A stretch of 64,000 nt of DNA from Squalus acanthias (lineage: Eukaryota): NCBI GenBank assembly GCA_030390025.1, contig CM059433.1, forward strand, positions 17,362,001-17,426,000, in the 5' to 3' direction. The notes below the pieces were generated by a model, which was given only the letters and a program-made list of their open reading frames with translations, had not been told where the DNA came from and made no database searches. The first letter of the stretch is position 1; the number at the start of each line of letters is the position of its first letter. Of the stretch, positions 12,795 to 26,102 are shown piece after piece. Made by a program: the position numbers and the translations under genes.

Positions 12795-13807
12795 TATTTT
12801 CTTTCAAGTATGGGTCTGTTCCTGTGTACACAACAATGTTTCGTAAAAGGTATCAGTTAACAATGGAACTTTTACTGTTTGGTTTTCAACGATCAAGATT
12901 ACCAGGCTTCCCTGAAACTGGGCAAGCACTCACCCTAGCCAGCAGCACTATAATGTAAAGGCAGTATAACATTTGTCATTCTATTGGTTAATTTGGTGAA
13001 GGGAGGCTCGAGTGGAGCATAAATGCTGGCATAGACCACTTGGGCCCAATAGCCTGTTTCTGTGCTATAGATGTAATTCTATGTCATTTGAAATCCATTT
13101 TTATTCCAAATATCAATAGATACCACAAAAAGTTTCTGTAGTCCTGGGATTTAGCTGTTTTGTTTTTATACTGGTGTCTCGTTCAGGCCTAGTTGCAGCA
13201 GAAAGCTGAATTCAGCAAAACTAGATGTAGAAGTTATTTCCAAAAAATGAGTAAATAAATCAAGAATACTGAAACAAGATGGAGCTAATTGGTAGCAAAT
13301 GTTTCCTTTCGTAAAAGGTCGCACTTTCACAACTCAGGATCTCCTCCCACAGGTCCCCACTCTCTAAGGTGATAGTGTTAGTGTCGTGTCTTTGATGTGG
13401 GAAGCTGATAGAAGCTGAGGGAGAGGGGGTGCACGTACTTCAACAAAACTGCACCTGCAAATTAGCGAAACTCTGAAAAAACTCTGAGGCGTTGAAATTC
13501 AATGGGAAAGAAAGTCGGGCGGGGTGTGCAAACGAACTGTCAATTGGCTATTGTTTGCTTTTCTCTACCGGCCCAAGGCTCGAAGACCTCCTGAGTCTCT
13601 ATACTGAATGATAAACTGGTGTATGTGAGATCCTATATAGCCTGCAAAACTGGACCACATGCTTTAAAAACTGATTTTATTGTTTGGTTTAATTTTTTTT
13701 AAATATAGGCCTTTAAAGAAATATATGATCCAGCCAAAAACTGGGTGGGTGGCAACCTTTTATTCGAACCAAATCCTCTCCAAACCTGCACACTTCCAGC
13801 AGGAACC

Positions 13808-13987
13808 GTACAACACAGAAGGAGGCCATTTGGCCCATCGTGCCTGTGCTGGCTCTTGGCAGGAGCTATCCGATTAGTCCCACTCCCCTGCTCTTTCCCC
13901 ACAGCCCTGCAAATTTCTCCTTTTCCAAGTTTATATGCAGTTCCCCTTTGAAAGTTACGATTGAATCTGCTTCCACCACCCTTTCAC
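13808..13987 (-). mobile_element. CR1 3' end fragment
   Basis: Reverse complement of the CR1 3' UTR (ACAGAAGGAGGCCATTTGGCCCATCGTG...), as at 38584. Confidence 0.8.
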
Positions 13988-13995
13988 TCGATGGT

Positions 13996-16849
13996 CTAGC
14001 CCGGAACCAGTGCGCTACGGTCATCAGTGCGTACGCCCCAACACTGGAAGTCACAGATGAGACCAAAGAGGAATTCTACTCCAGCCTCGAACAATCCCTG
14101 TCCCGAGTCCCAACGGGAGACAAGCTGATCCTCCTTGGCGACTTTAACGCCAGAGTTGGAAAGGACACAGACCTCTGGGGAGGTGTGATCGGCAGAGACG
14201 GGGTAGGGAAAGCCAACTCCAATGGTACCCTTCTCCTATCGAAATGCTTAGAACATGGCCTTGTCATAACCAACACCTTGTTCCGTCAGAGAGACAAGTA
14301 CAAGGCTTCATGGCAGCACCCTCGCTCCAAGCACTGGCATCTGCTGGACTACGTCATCGTCCGAGCGAGGGACCGCAAGGACGTCCGCATCACCCGTGCC
14401 ATGACAGGAGCTGACGACTGCTGGACAGACCACCGCCTAATCCGCTTTGTCATCACCATCAACGTAGCCCCAAAACAGCGGCGGCAACAGAAGCAATGCC
14501 GCAGGAAAATCAACGCTGGAGCACTCAAAGACCCTGCAAAGAAAGCCCTATTCAGCCTGCGCCTCACAAACAACCTGACGACTCCCAGTGATGCAGAGAC
14601 AGAGTGCCCACAGCGCCTGGTCTGCACTCAAGGCCTCCATAATCAGCACCTGTGAAGAGACGCTCGGTCACTCGACCAGGAAACACCAAGACTGGTTCGA
14701 CGAGAACGACCAGGAGATCCAGGAGCTAATAAGCTGCAAGCGCAAGGCATTCCTGATCTGGAAACAGCAACAGAACTCGAGAGCAAGAAAGCAGCTCTAC
14801 AGATGCCTGAAGGCCGAGGTCCAACAAAAAACTCGCGACCTAAAGAACAGATGGTGGGTGGAGAAAGTGCAGGAGATCCAGCAGCTAGCCGGCAACCACG
14901 ACGTGCGTGGATTCTTTAGCGCAGTCAAGACCACCTACGGCCCAAGCACCCAAGGCCCTACCCCACTGCGGGCCAAGAACGGAGAGGTACTCATCAAGGA
15001 CAGAGAGGCAGTCAGTGCCCGCTGGAAGGAGCACTTCGAAGATCTCCTTAACCGCGACTCTGTCTTCGACGCGAGTGTCCTCAACTCCATCCCGCAGCAT
15101 GCTACCCGCCACCATCTCAGCACAACCCCAGCCCGGCATGAGGTTGAAAAGGCCATCCGACAACTGAAGAACAACAAGGCCTCAGGAGCAGATGGAATCC
15201 CTGCCGAGGCACTAAAGCATGGCGGAGAAGCACTACTGGCGCGAATTCATGAACTCATTTCTCTTATCTGGAAGGAGGAGAGCATGCCAGGGGATCTCAG
15301 AGATGCCGTAATTGTGACCATCTTCAAGAAAGGTAACAAGTCCAATTGCTGTAATTACAGAGGAGTTTCCCTGCTGTCTGCCACAGGGAAAGTCATCGCA
15401 AGAATCCTCCTCAATCGCCTTCTCCCAGTGGCCGAGGAGCTCCTCCCAGAGTCGCAATGCGGATTCCGCCCACTAAGGGGCACAATGGGCATGATCTTCA
15501 CCGCACGTCAATTACAAGAAAAATGCAGGGAACAGCACCAACCGCTGTACATGGCCTTCTTTGATCTCACAAAGGCCTTCGACACTGTCAACTGTAAGGG
15601 ATTATGGAGTGTCCTCCTCAAATTCGGCTGCCCTCAAAAGTTTGTCACCATCCTCTGCCTGCTTCACGACGACATGCAAGCCGCGATCCTGACCAACGGT
15701 TCCACCACAGACCCAATTCACGTATGAACCGGGGTCAAGCAAGGCTGTGTCATCGCACCAACGCTTTTCTCGATGCTCCATCTCACCCTCAGTAAGCTTC
15801 CCACTGGAATGAAGCTAATTTACAGAACAAACGGGAAACTGTTCAACCTCCGTCGCCTCCAGTTCAGATCCACGGTCGTCTATTCCTCTGTCGTCGAATT
15901 ACAGTATGCAGACGACGCTTGCGTCTGCGCTCACTCGGAGGTCGAACCCCAAACCATCGTCAACACCTTCACCGAAGCGTACGAGAGCATGGGCCTTACA
16001 CTAAACATCCATAAGACAAAGGTCCTCTACCAACCTGCCCCCGCCACACAGTACTGCCCCCCGATTATCAAAATCCACGACAAAGCCTTGGACAACGTGG
16101 ACCACTTTCCATACCTCGGGAGCCTACTGTCAACAAGGGCAGACGTCAACGACTAAGTCCAACAATGCCTTCAGTGTGCCAGTGCAGCCTTCGGTCGCCT
16201 GAGGAAGATAGTGTTTGAAGACCAGGACCTCAAACCCAGCACCAAGCTCATGGTCTACAGAGCAGTAGTGATACCCGCCCTCCTGTATGCCTCAGAGACA
16301 TGGACTATGTACAGCAGGCACCTCAAAGCACTGGAGAGGTACCACCAACGCTGCCTCCGCAAGATCCTGCAAATCCATTGGCAGGATAGGCGCACCAACG
16401 TCAGTGTTCTTGCTCAGGCCAACATCCGCAGCATCGAAGCTTTGACCACGCTCGATCAGCTCCGATGGACGGGTCACATTGTCCGCATGCCCGATACGAG
16501 ACTCCCAAAACAAGCACTCTACTCAGAGCCCCGACACGGCAAGAGAGCCCCAGGTGGGCAGAGGAAACGCTTCAAGGACACCCTCAAAGCCTCCTTGAAA
16601 AAGTGTAACATCCCTACCGACACCTGGGAATCCCTGGCCCAAGACCGCACAAAGTGGAGGAGAAGCATCCGGGAAGGCGCCGAACACCTCGAGTCTCTTC
16701 GCCGGGAGCAAGCGGAAGCCAAGCGCAGGCAGCGCACGTCAACCCAAGCACCCCACCCACCCGCCCCTTCAACCACCGTCTGCCCCACCTGTGACAGAGA
16801 CTGTAGGTCCAACATTGGACTCATCAGTCACCTGCGAACTCATTTTTAA
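13996..16849 (+). pseudogene. RTE ORF (APE endonuclease, reverse transcriptase, C-terminal C2H2 finger), disrupted
   Basis: Motifs ISAYAPT, LGDFNARVG, WHLLDYV, TDHRL, QCGFRP, FFDLTKAFDTV, LQYADD, FPYLGS and CPTCDRDCRSNIGLISHLRTH, spread over four ORFs by frameshifts and stops. Confidence 0.93.
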
Positions 16850-16902
16850 TGTGGAAGCAAGTCATCCTCGGTTCCGAGGGACTGCCTAAGTAAGTAAGTA
16901 AG
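13996..16902 (+). mobile_element. RTE-clade LINE, 5'-truncated, with (TAAG)n tail
   Basis: Colinear endonuclease, RT and C2H2-finger coding remnants; 3' stem-loop CCTCG-GTTC-CGAGG; (TAAG)4 tail. Confidence 0.95.
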
Positions 16903-17700
16903 GTAATCGGGTGAGAACCTGGGTTATTCTGGACCTCTGTCGCCAAGGGTTATTGAGGCCATTTGTAATAGCCACACCACTGCCTAGCTAACATAAGTCA
17001 GATCAAAGGATCCAATCTGGGGCCTTCCTGGTCTGTATCTAACCAGCGTACCTTCTCCTAATAACTGGTGTCCATGGACCAGAGAATGCAAAAGCTGTTC
17101 TGCTTTTCTCTATGGATGCGCTTGACCCGTTGGACTGCCAGGCAGAAAACGCACAAAGTTCCCGATGGCAAGTCTGGCTCTGTTTGAATTGCTGTTGGGA
17201 GAGCAGTGTCTCTGGATGCTCAAGCAAAAAAAAAACTTCTTTTGATGGTGACCACAGCCTCTCGAGGCAACAGCACCACCACATTTTCTTTATTGTGTCG
17301 CCAAGATGCTATTAGTCTCCTGAATGCAGCAAAGTTCCTTGCCACTGGGTGTAATTAGCTTTGTTTAGCTGGTTCTTGGTTTATACATGCGTGAATCCAT
17401 CTTTTACCTGGTAGTTGGGATTGCTGCACTTGTGTTTATCATGTGGGCTGTAAAAATTATGTATTTTTTTACTAACTGACAGCCTACTTTATAGTTTCTG
17501 TTTTCAACTATACTAACATGTGGGGCTTTTAACTTAAATTATAAATACAGTCTATGAATTCCATTTTTTAGGATTTTTTTCTTTTACAAATTTCACTCCA
17601 GACCAGTGCTGAAAATTAACTTTTGCTCGAAAATGACTTGTTTTGAGTCCGGGTTCATCGCATGTGATATCCAACTACTCATGTACTCTGGCTCGGTGTT

Positions 17701-18517
17701 GGGCTGGATTTTGTCAATGGAGCTGTGCTGGAGGCAGGACTTCTGGTTTCCGGGTTTCAGTTCCGCCTCCAGCGACGTCTGACCAATCCACGCTATTTTC
17801 CCTTGATTGGCCTTGTTAAGCCGACCAATTAAGGGAAAGCCGGTGACAGATGACATCAGCGTATGATGCTTCATCTGTTGAAAATTTTTTGACAGATGAA
17901 TTGTCAGCGTTTGACAGCTTTGAGAAACTGTCAAACACTGACAATCTCTGTTCTAAGGTGAGCCCTTGCACACAGGCTCACCAAGACCTCTCTCCTCAGC
18001 AGAAAGCAGATGGCTGCTGCATCTGAGAATGCAGCAGCCATTCTGTCATCTCTGCCGTTGAGATGAGGCACCTCCGGATCCTCAATGTTTGAAGCCTGCA
18101 GAAAGAAGCAAAGGTAAGAAAACTTTTTCCAACACTTTACACTCACCTCTCATACTTACCTGTCCACACTTGCACCCATCACTCACCTCTACAGCTGACA
18201 TTTCGACCCCTCTCATCCCCGCAGACCCATTGCGCGCCCCGCTGACCCTGGTGGGGTTTCCCGACGTCAGGAAGCCCGCATCAGCAGGCGTAAAATGGTG
18301 AAAGGCCTCTTAACTGCCTGTTAACTCCCTGTTATCAGACAGTTAATTGGCTCTAATCCCCTTCCCGCCTCGAGGAGATGGGTCCCTGCGTGAGTCGAGG
18401 ACCCGCCTCCCAGGAAGATGGTTTGGAGGCGGGGTTGGGACCCGCTCCCAATTGTTCCCATTTTCCCAGCAGTCCCGCCTCCACACCCGCTTCCTCAGGG
18501 CTGGTAAAATCCAGCCC
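17701..18517. mobile_element. Harbinger-type MITE
   Basis: 12-bp TIRs GGGCTGGATTTT / AAAATCCAGCCC; flanks GTT/ATA do not match. Confidence 0.7.
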
Positions 18518-18988
18518 ATAGATGCTAGAATCTTCTGGGGTTTCCACTGATTGTTGTTATTTCCTTGTCTATTTTCAAATGGAAGCCCTTTTTTCTTTCT
18601 AAAAATTATATTTAGTATTTAGGGGTAGAGTTTCCATTTTGGGCACAATTGGCAATCTGAGCGCAAACTGCGCTCTAAATTGCATTAGCTTTCCAAAATG
18701 ATATTTTTGCTCAAGTTTCCATTCAAACTCATTTGCATGTCACCAAACGTGAAATCTTCCATGAACCAGCACAAGCGGGCAGCGTTTAAGAACGTAATTG
18801 TTTATTTTTTTTCTTGCATTGAAAAATATTCCTTGATATATTTAAGAATGGTAACCTGCTGCAGTTTCATTAATACAGCTGAAAATGGGTTTACCACAAA
18901 ATAAGCATTTTTAATCAGATTGTCTAGTCCACCAACTGTGCGTAACCCAATTTTAAATAACTGAAAAATGACAAGGGCAGCAGGCGCA

Positions 18989-19469
18989 CTGCACCCAGGT
19001 ACTCCAGACCACATCCCTGCTTGTGCCCTGTTCTGCAATGTGCAACCAGGCTGTGTTGATCTCCTGGGGAGGTCTCTTCTGCCCATGGCAAGGGAAGAGA
19101 ACCTCCGTGTGTGCTGTGACTCCCTTCATAAGCATATGGAGGGCGTCATGGGAGAGCCTGGGTGCAGCCCTGTACCTCTGTGCAGTCATTGTCAATGTTT
19201 GCAGCACCTCAATGCTGTAGAACACTGGCAGCACAAATGTCAAAATAAATATGGCCATGGTCCCTTTAGGGAAACCGCCTGATGATGCATCATCAAATGA
19301 CGTCATCAGACTCACATCCTCTAATTGGCCGGCAAACGATCTGGGCGGGCTTAACAAGCCCAATCAGGGGAAATTCATTTCAGAGGCCGGGATGGAGACA
19401 GCAGCGGAGTCGTGACCCGCCACCGACATTGCCCGCCACAGACCCGCCGTGGTTCATAAAATCGTGGCC
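18989..19469 (-). mobile_element. Truncated Harbinger derivative with Myb/SANT-like exon remnant
   Basis: TIR GGCCACGATTTT at 19469; translation RAAPRLSHDALHMLMKGVTAHTEVLFP resembles the Myb/SANT ORF at 25692. Confidence 0.8.
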
Positions 19470-21077
19470 TGTGTTCCACCTCATGATGGAAAGCATCAGA
19501 CTTGCAGTCATTCACTTAGGATCCATGAATGACAAATTGGAATATTTTCTTAACGGCGAGAGACTAGGCACTGTGAAAGAGCAAAGGGATTTGGGTTTAC
19601 AGGTGCATAAATCACTAAATCCTAGTGCACAATTTATATCTAAACATTTTTTTATGTCCTCCCTAGAACCGCATGTAGCACTATAATTATGGAGAAGTAA
19701 AATACTCTTGGACTGAATCATCAAACAGGATTGGTAGAAAGGCGTGCACTAATGGTAATAGTGGTAATTGGTAAAAGTGTTTTATGAGTGATGGAACACA
19801 AAGATCTGTGAAATTTTATGAGCAAGAACAGGTGATTCAACCCAACAAACCCAATGAGTTCTTCTGATTAACCTTAACCTCACCTTCTCACCAATCCCCT
19901 CTCCCTTCTCCAGAAACATGCCCAGTAGCCCCTGGAACTCATTTATGCTGTTTACTACAATGATCTTTCCTGGTAACTTATATCATCAGCTCATTGAACA
20001 ATTGCAAAGTACAGGTTGCATAGTACGCACAAAATGAAAACAAAATCAGTTTGTGAAATAAATTTATCCCAGTACTAATATATTTAAGATAATACAGTCT
20101 AGAGTACGTTACAATTTGGTAACACATCAAGAGTTTGAGAAAGCACCATAAACCATAAATATAGATAAAAACATATATATATATATATATATATATATAG
20201 AACTTACTTTTTTCCCTATCCATCATTACAAGACGGTTATTTTCTTGTTTCTTTGGACAGGGAAAAAAAAATCCCCAAATGATTTTAAAATTGAAGACAT
20301 TGACTATTGCTAGGGCATGGATAAAATGCCATCAGCAATCCTCTGGCATCTCATCAAATGGTAATTTTCTTCTGTGACATTAAACTGTATGAGCAGACTA
20401 TTCTGACATGGCGGGGGGGGGGGGGGGCAGCAAAGCTGAACTCACTGCTGTTCTTAACTGTCACACACATGCACACTTTCCAACAGTAGTCATTAGATCG
20501 GTATCAGGAGTGTGAAGCTGGGCTAATTTTTACACTCACGAGCTCTGGGCCCTGAGACCAATTGCAGTGCCCCCACGCCCAACTGCAGTGCACCTATCAC
20601 TGCCCTGGCTGAGATTAATGTAACCCAGCGCAGGCCGGGGAACAAGCACGTGGGCCCTCCGGCCTGTAATAATCAATAACAAACCATGAGCTATATTAAC
20701 CCACATTGGGCGATTTCTGAAGTTATATTTTTGGGGGACAACAAGTGCAAGCAGATGTGGGTTTTATATTTCCATTAGTACAAGCAGATCTCTCATGGTG
20801 GTGCTGTTGGTAACTTAAATAATATGTTGTTTTGTAACAAGCAGCATTATACCATCTACCACCTTAAACATTCACTCCCTCCACCACCGGCGTACCGTGG
20901 CTGCAGTGTGTACCATCTACAAGATGCACTGCAGCAACTCGCCAAGGCATCTTTGACAGCAGCTCCCAAACCCGTGACCTCTTCCACCTAGAAGGACAAG
21001 GGCAGCAGGCACATGGGAACACCATCACCTCCAAGTTCCCCTCCAAGTCACACACCATCCTGACTTGGAAATATATC
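19132..21077 (+). repeat. Inverted segmental duplication, copy A (partner 30306-32691)
   Basis: Reverse-complement match includes non-repetitive DNA, the same poly-G/C and (TA)n tracts and the same nested repeat junctions. Confidence 0.95.
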
Positions 21078-22612
21078 ACCGCTGGGTCAAATTCCTGGCA
21101 CTCCCTCCCTAACTTATTAAGGACGTGCTAACAGGGCACTTAGAAAATAATAATAGGATTGGGCAGAGTCAACACGGATTTATGAAAGGGAAATCGTGTT
21201 TGACAAATCTGTTAGAGTTTTTTGAGGTTGTAACTAGCATAGTAGATAAGGGGGAACCAGTGGATGTGGTGTATCTGGATTTTCAGAAGGCATTCGACAA
21301 GGAGCCACACAAAAAGTTATTAAACAAAATTAGGGCTCATGGGATTGGGGGTAATATACTAGCATGGATTGAGGATTGGTTAACGGACAAAAAACAGAGA
21401 GTAGGAATAAACAGGCCATTTTCGGGTTGACAGGCTGTAACTAGTTGGGTACCGCAAGGATCAGTGCTTGGGCCTCAGCTATTCACAATCTACATCAATG
21501 ATTTGGATGAGGGGACCAATTGTAATCTATCCAAGTTTGCTGATGATACAAAGCTGGGTGGGCATGTAAGTTGTGAGGAGGATGCAAGAAGGCTTCAAGA
21601 GGATATGACAGGCTAAGTGAGTGGGCAAGAACATGGCAAATGGAATATAATGTGGAGAAATGTGAAGTTATCCACTTTGGTTGGAAAAATAGAAAAGCAG
21701 AGTATTTTTTAAATGGTGAGAGATTGGGAAATGTTGGTGTTCAGAGGGACCTGGGTGTCATTGTACACGAATCACTGAAAGTTAACATGCAGGTACAGCA
21801 AGCAATTAGGAAAGCAAATGGTATGTTGGCCTTTATTACAAGAGGATTTGAGTATAAGAGTAAAGACGTCTTACTGCAATTATATAGGGCCCTGGTGAGA
21901 CTACACCTGGAGTACTGTGTACAGTTTCAGTCTCCTTACCCAAGGAAGGATATACTTGTCATAGAGGGAGTGCAACGAAGGTTCACCAGACTGGTTCCTG
22001 GGATGGGGGGATTGTCCTATGAGGACAGATTGAGTAGACTAGGCCTATATTCTCTAGAGTTTAGAAGAATGAGAGGTGATCTCATTGAAACATACAAAAT
22101 TCTTACAGGGCTTGACAGGGTAGATGCAGGGAGGATGTTTCCCCTGGCTGGGGAGTCTAGAACCAGGGGTCACAGTCTCAGAATAAGGGGTCAGCCATTT
22201 AAGACTGAGATGAAGAGAAATTTCTTCACTCAGAGGGTGTTGAATCTTTGGAATTCTCTACCCCAGAGGGCTGTGGCGGCTGAGTCATTGAGTGTATTCA
22301 AGACAGAGATCGATAGATTTTTGAATATTAAGGGAATCAAGGGATATGGGGATAGTGCAGGAAAGTGGAGATGAGGTAAAAATCAGCCATGATCTTATTG
22401 AATGGCAGAGCAGGCTCGAGGGGCCAAATGGCCCACTCCTGCTCCTATTTCTTATGTTCTTATGTTCTAACAGCACTGTGGGAGTTCCTTCACCACACGG
22501 ACTGCAGCGGTTCAAGAAGGCAGCTCACCACCCCCTTCTTGAGGGTAATTATGGATGGGCAATAATGCTGGCCTTGCCAGCGATGCCCACATCCCATGAA
22601 CGAATAAAAAAA
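20851..22612 (+). mobile_element. CR1/L2-group LINE 3' fragment interrupted by a CR1
   Basis: LINE sequence at 20851-21113 resumes at 22467 and ends GAACGAATAAAAAAAA. Confidence 0.85.
21114..22466 (+). mobile_element. CR1 LINE, 5'-truncated RT region
   Basis: [38 protein letters not shown] and RNFFTQRV; (TTCTTATG)-type tail; CTAAC on both sides (21109-21113, 22467-22471). Confidence 0.95.
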
Positions 22613-23719
22613 AGGTTAAGCTTTTAAAATATCTCAGTATTGATTGCTGGCTGCAACTGTCAGTAGTCTGTATTGTAAAATCCCGCCCTAGTGTTTCCAA
22701 AAATTCCACAACAGTAAAACAAAAGGAAATGATAAAGGAGACGCATAGAACTAAAATAGTGACTGACCAAGAGAAAAAAGTACCAGTGTTAGCAGTATGG
22801 GGGCATAGGTTTAAAAAAAACAACCTCTGTGCCGTTACTGCCTCTGCTGTTTTTAAATATAGAAATACACTTTCCTTGAAGAACCAAACAGCCTAATGGC
22901 TTGAAATGGGGTAACTTTAAATTAACTTTAAATTCTGATGGTTTAGAATATGCTGAGTACCGAGAGAGATTGTGAAGAAACTAGAATGGGGGGCGGGGGG
23001 TTGGGGGGAGACAATCCCATCAAAAGATTTTGCTCAAGTCTGAGGACAAAAGGAGCTTTATATTATTAACTATTCTTCACTTTCAGAAAATAAGCAGCAT
23101 GCAATTTCTCTCATTCTACCAGGAGCGCCTGGTGACTCTGAAAATCTCCCAAATGCTTAACTCACAGTTAATGAGAGAAAACCCAATAGCTGGAGGAAGA
23201 GAAAATTTGTCTGTGTAATATTTATGGCAAAACAATTTCTCATCTTATGATTATGTACAATCATAAACAATTTCCTTGTAAATGCAATTCCAATTTTTCC
23301 AGAAATAGCGCACAGTAATGTCTCACTGTACATCAGCACACTTCACTGAACTTTTTGCAATGGTAGCCCATCCATGCGGATATTCATCACCATAATATTG
23401 GTAAATAAAAGGCTTTGAATTGAATTCAGCAATCAAGAAATGGATCTATGTTGCTCCATGAGGCATGTTGATTTTACACTCGCTACAAAGCATTAATGGG
23501 TCGTATCCACTGCATAATTATTTGATGTCTGCTATAATTTTTCAAATTGTACTTTTAAGTTTGTTTATTGCATTTGAAGTTCTTTCTCTTTCTTACATAT
23601 CTGCATTTATTAAGAGTCTTGCAACTGCCTGCACTTCCTTTTTTCCCTGTGACACACTATTAGAAAGAAGAAGCCATATGTCAACATGCCTCAATGGAAA
23701 AACCCCATGTAAACACTTA

Positions 23720-24769
23720 GGCCGTGAATTGCAGCAACATCGGTGCCCTTGAAAGAATCAGACCTTGGTCCTCTGTATCCTTCCACGATCAACCCCAACA
23801 TCAACATCACCAGGCACACCAACAACATCACCAACCTTCTCCGCCATCACCTGATGCTGCACTGGACACAGGGCATCAGCCCCTGACAACATTGCTGCCC
23901 AGGAGACTAGCGAAAGCATCACCATGGCCAGATTTTCTTCACTTGACGCTGTAAACCCTGGCTACCACATGATGCGCCAGGTTGACACCATCCCACACCA
24001 GCACCGTGAAGCATCCCTTTAATGTCCAAGCCATTCCATGCACACTCATTACTATAGCGGGGGGTGGGGGGGGAGGGCGGGGAAGTTATGACTGAACAAT
24101 CACTGGAACTCAGCAAGACACTTCTCAAGGTGTGCTCAGATCTGTCCAATACGGGGCACTTTTGGAAAAATAGATTTCACTGTATGACAACACGTTACCA
24201 GAAACTGCACATGGACATTGGCTAGACCTCTCAAGTGCCTACCCTTGTGTGTTGTTAGTTGGTATGCTTGCAGTAGGATGAGGGTGAGTGTGAGGGGTGG
24301 CGAGTGAGATGGGGAAGTGATAAAGTAGATAGAGAGGGTTGGGTGGAGGTGCAAGGTAAGTTGGTGTCCTGGGGAGGTCTCTTCCACCCTTGGAAGGGAA
24401 GAGAACCTCCCTGCGTGCTGTGACTCCCTCCATTGTGGAGGGAGTCATTTCAGCGCCTGGGTGCAAGCATTCACCTTTGTGCAGTGCTTGTCAGTGTTTG
24501 CAGCACCTCAATGCTGTCAAACACTGACAGAACAACTCTCAAACTCCATGTACACGTGGTCCCTTTAAGGAAACCGGTAGATGACGCGTCATCAAATGAC
24601 GTCATCAGACCCGCTTCCTGTTAATTGGCTGGGAAGCCCGCAAGGCGGGCTTAACAAGGCCAATCAAGGGAAAATCACATCTACAGAGCGGATGCAGCTG
24701 GGAGCGGGACCGGAACCCAGAAACCAGCTCTCCCGCCACCATCCCGCCTCCTCAATTAAATTTGCGGCC
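23720..24769 (-). mobile_element. Harbinger deletion derivative (same family as 32354-33971)
   Basis: TIR GGCCGCAAATTT at 24769; Myb/SANT remnant MEGVTARREVLFP; colinear with 32354-33430. Confidence 0.75.
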
Positions 24770-24882
24770 TTAGGTTGGGAAAACACTATTAACATTTCAC
24801 TGTCACACGTTATTGTTGTATCACACAAAATGTTTTTAACAGAATTTTCTTCCATCATTTTTCTCAGTAAATGAAATCTGTA

Positions 24883-25385
24883 ATAACAACAAATTGTATT
24901 TATATAGCGCCTTTAATGTAATATAGCGTCCCAAGGTGCTTCACAGGAGTGTTATAAAACAAATTTGACACTGAGCTACATAGGGAGAAATTAGGGCAGG
25001 TGACCAAAAGCTTGGTCAAAGAGGCAGGTTTTAAGGAGCGTCTTAAAGGAGGAAAGAGAGGTAGAGAGGCGCAGAGGTTTAGGCAGGGAATTCCAGAGCT
25101 TAGGGCCTAGGTAGCTGAAGGCACGGCCACCAATGGTTGAGCGATTAAAATCAGGGATGCGCAAGAGGCCAGAATTAGAGGAGCACAGATATCTCGGGGG
25201 TGGGGCGGTTGTGAGGCTGGAGGAGATTACAGAGACGGGGAGGGGGCGAGGCCATGGAGGGATTTGAAAACAAGGATAAGAATTTTTAAATCGAGGCGTT
25301 GTTTAACCGGGAGCCCATGTAGGTCAGGGGTGATGGGTGAATGGGACTTGGTGCGAGTTAGGACACGGGCAACCGAGTTTTGGAT
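24883..25385 (-). mobile_element. L2 LINE 3' fragment
   Basis: Colinear with 7232-7725; GCGCTATATAAAT 3' end on the minus strand. Confidence 0.85.
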
Positions 25386-25691
25386 TCAAAAAAAGGTTTT
25401 AAACAAAGGGGGCGATTTTCCCACTGGAGGCGTGTTGGAGGCGGGTTTCGGTTTGATGGGTTCCAAACCCGCCTCCACTGATAGGGGGGGAAAAATTGCG
25501 ATTTTTCCCCCAATTGGCCAGTTGATTTCAGAGGTGTGGGATGCCCTTGGTCAATTAGTGTTTTGGGACTGAAACTCGCCTCTGCTGACATCACTTTTCC
25601 AGCCTCATTTAAGGGCTGCTTGCTGCCTTGGATCATTCCACTGGATTTCTGTCAATGCTCCACCACCTGCAACATATTTTGAGAAACCACT

Positions 25692-25872
25692 ATGTCCAAT
25701 TCCAAGGCAAGGGTCTCCCCGAGGTTCTCGGATGAAGCGCTGCAAATGTTGGTTGAGGGGGTGAGAGCTAGTAGGGAGGTGCTCTTCCACTCATCTGGGA
25801 GGAAGAGGCCTCCCAAAGAAACCAAGGCTGTGTGGGTCCAGCTGGCAAGGGATATAACCTCCAGATCTGTGT
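25692..25872 (+). pseudogene. Harbinger Myb/SANT-like DNA-binding protein, N-terminal part only
   Basis: MSNSKARVSPRFSDEALQMLVEGVRASREVLF...WVQLARDITS matches the Myb/SANT trihelix pattern of Harbinger ORF1; the rest appears deleted. Confidence 0.85.
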
Positions 25873-26102
25873 GCAGATTGGGTGAATGTTTATGTGTATT
25901 GATAAAATGCCACCCCTGTTGGAAAGCATAAAAATGATTTGATGGCAAAATGTTGGCGTGATGGCATCTGTTCTTTCACCTTAGGCAGCTCCACATTGCG
26001 GGCTCCGCAACACTTGCATTTTCAGGTTGGTGGCCAGAGAGTCATGTCCATTTTCTATCATGTCTTAAGATGGAGCCAAGGACATGAGCCAACATGGGCA
26101 AC

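Noticed and set aside
13840..14655. 271-aa ORF as a novel endonuclease gene
   Set aside because: It is a chance fusion of antisense CR1 3' UTR (to ~13987) with a truncated RTE endonuclease.
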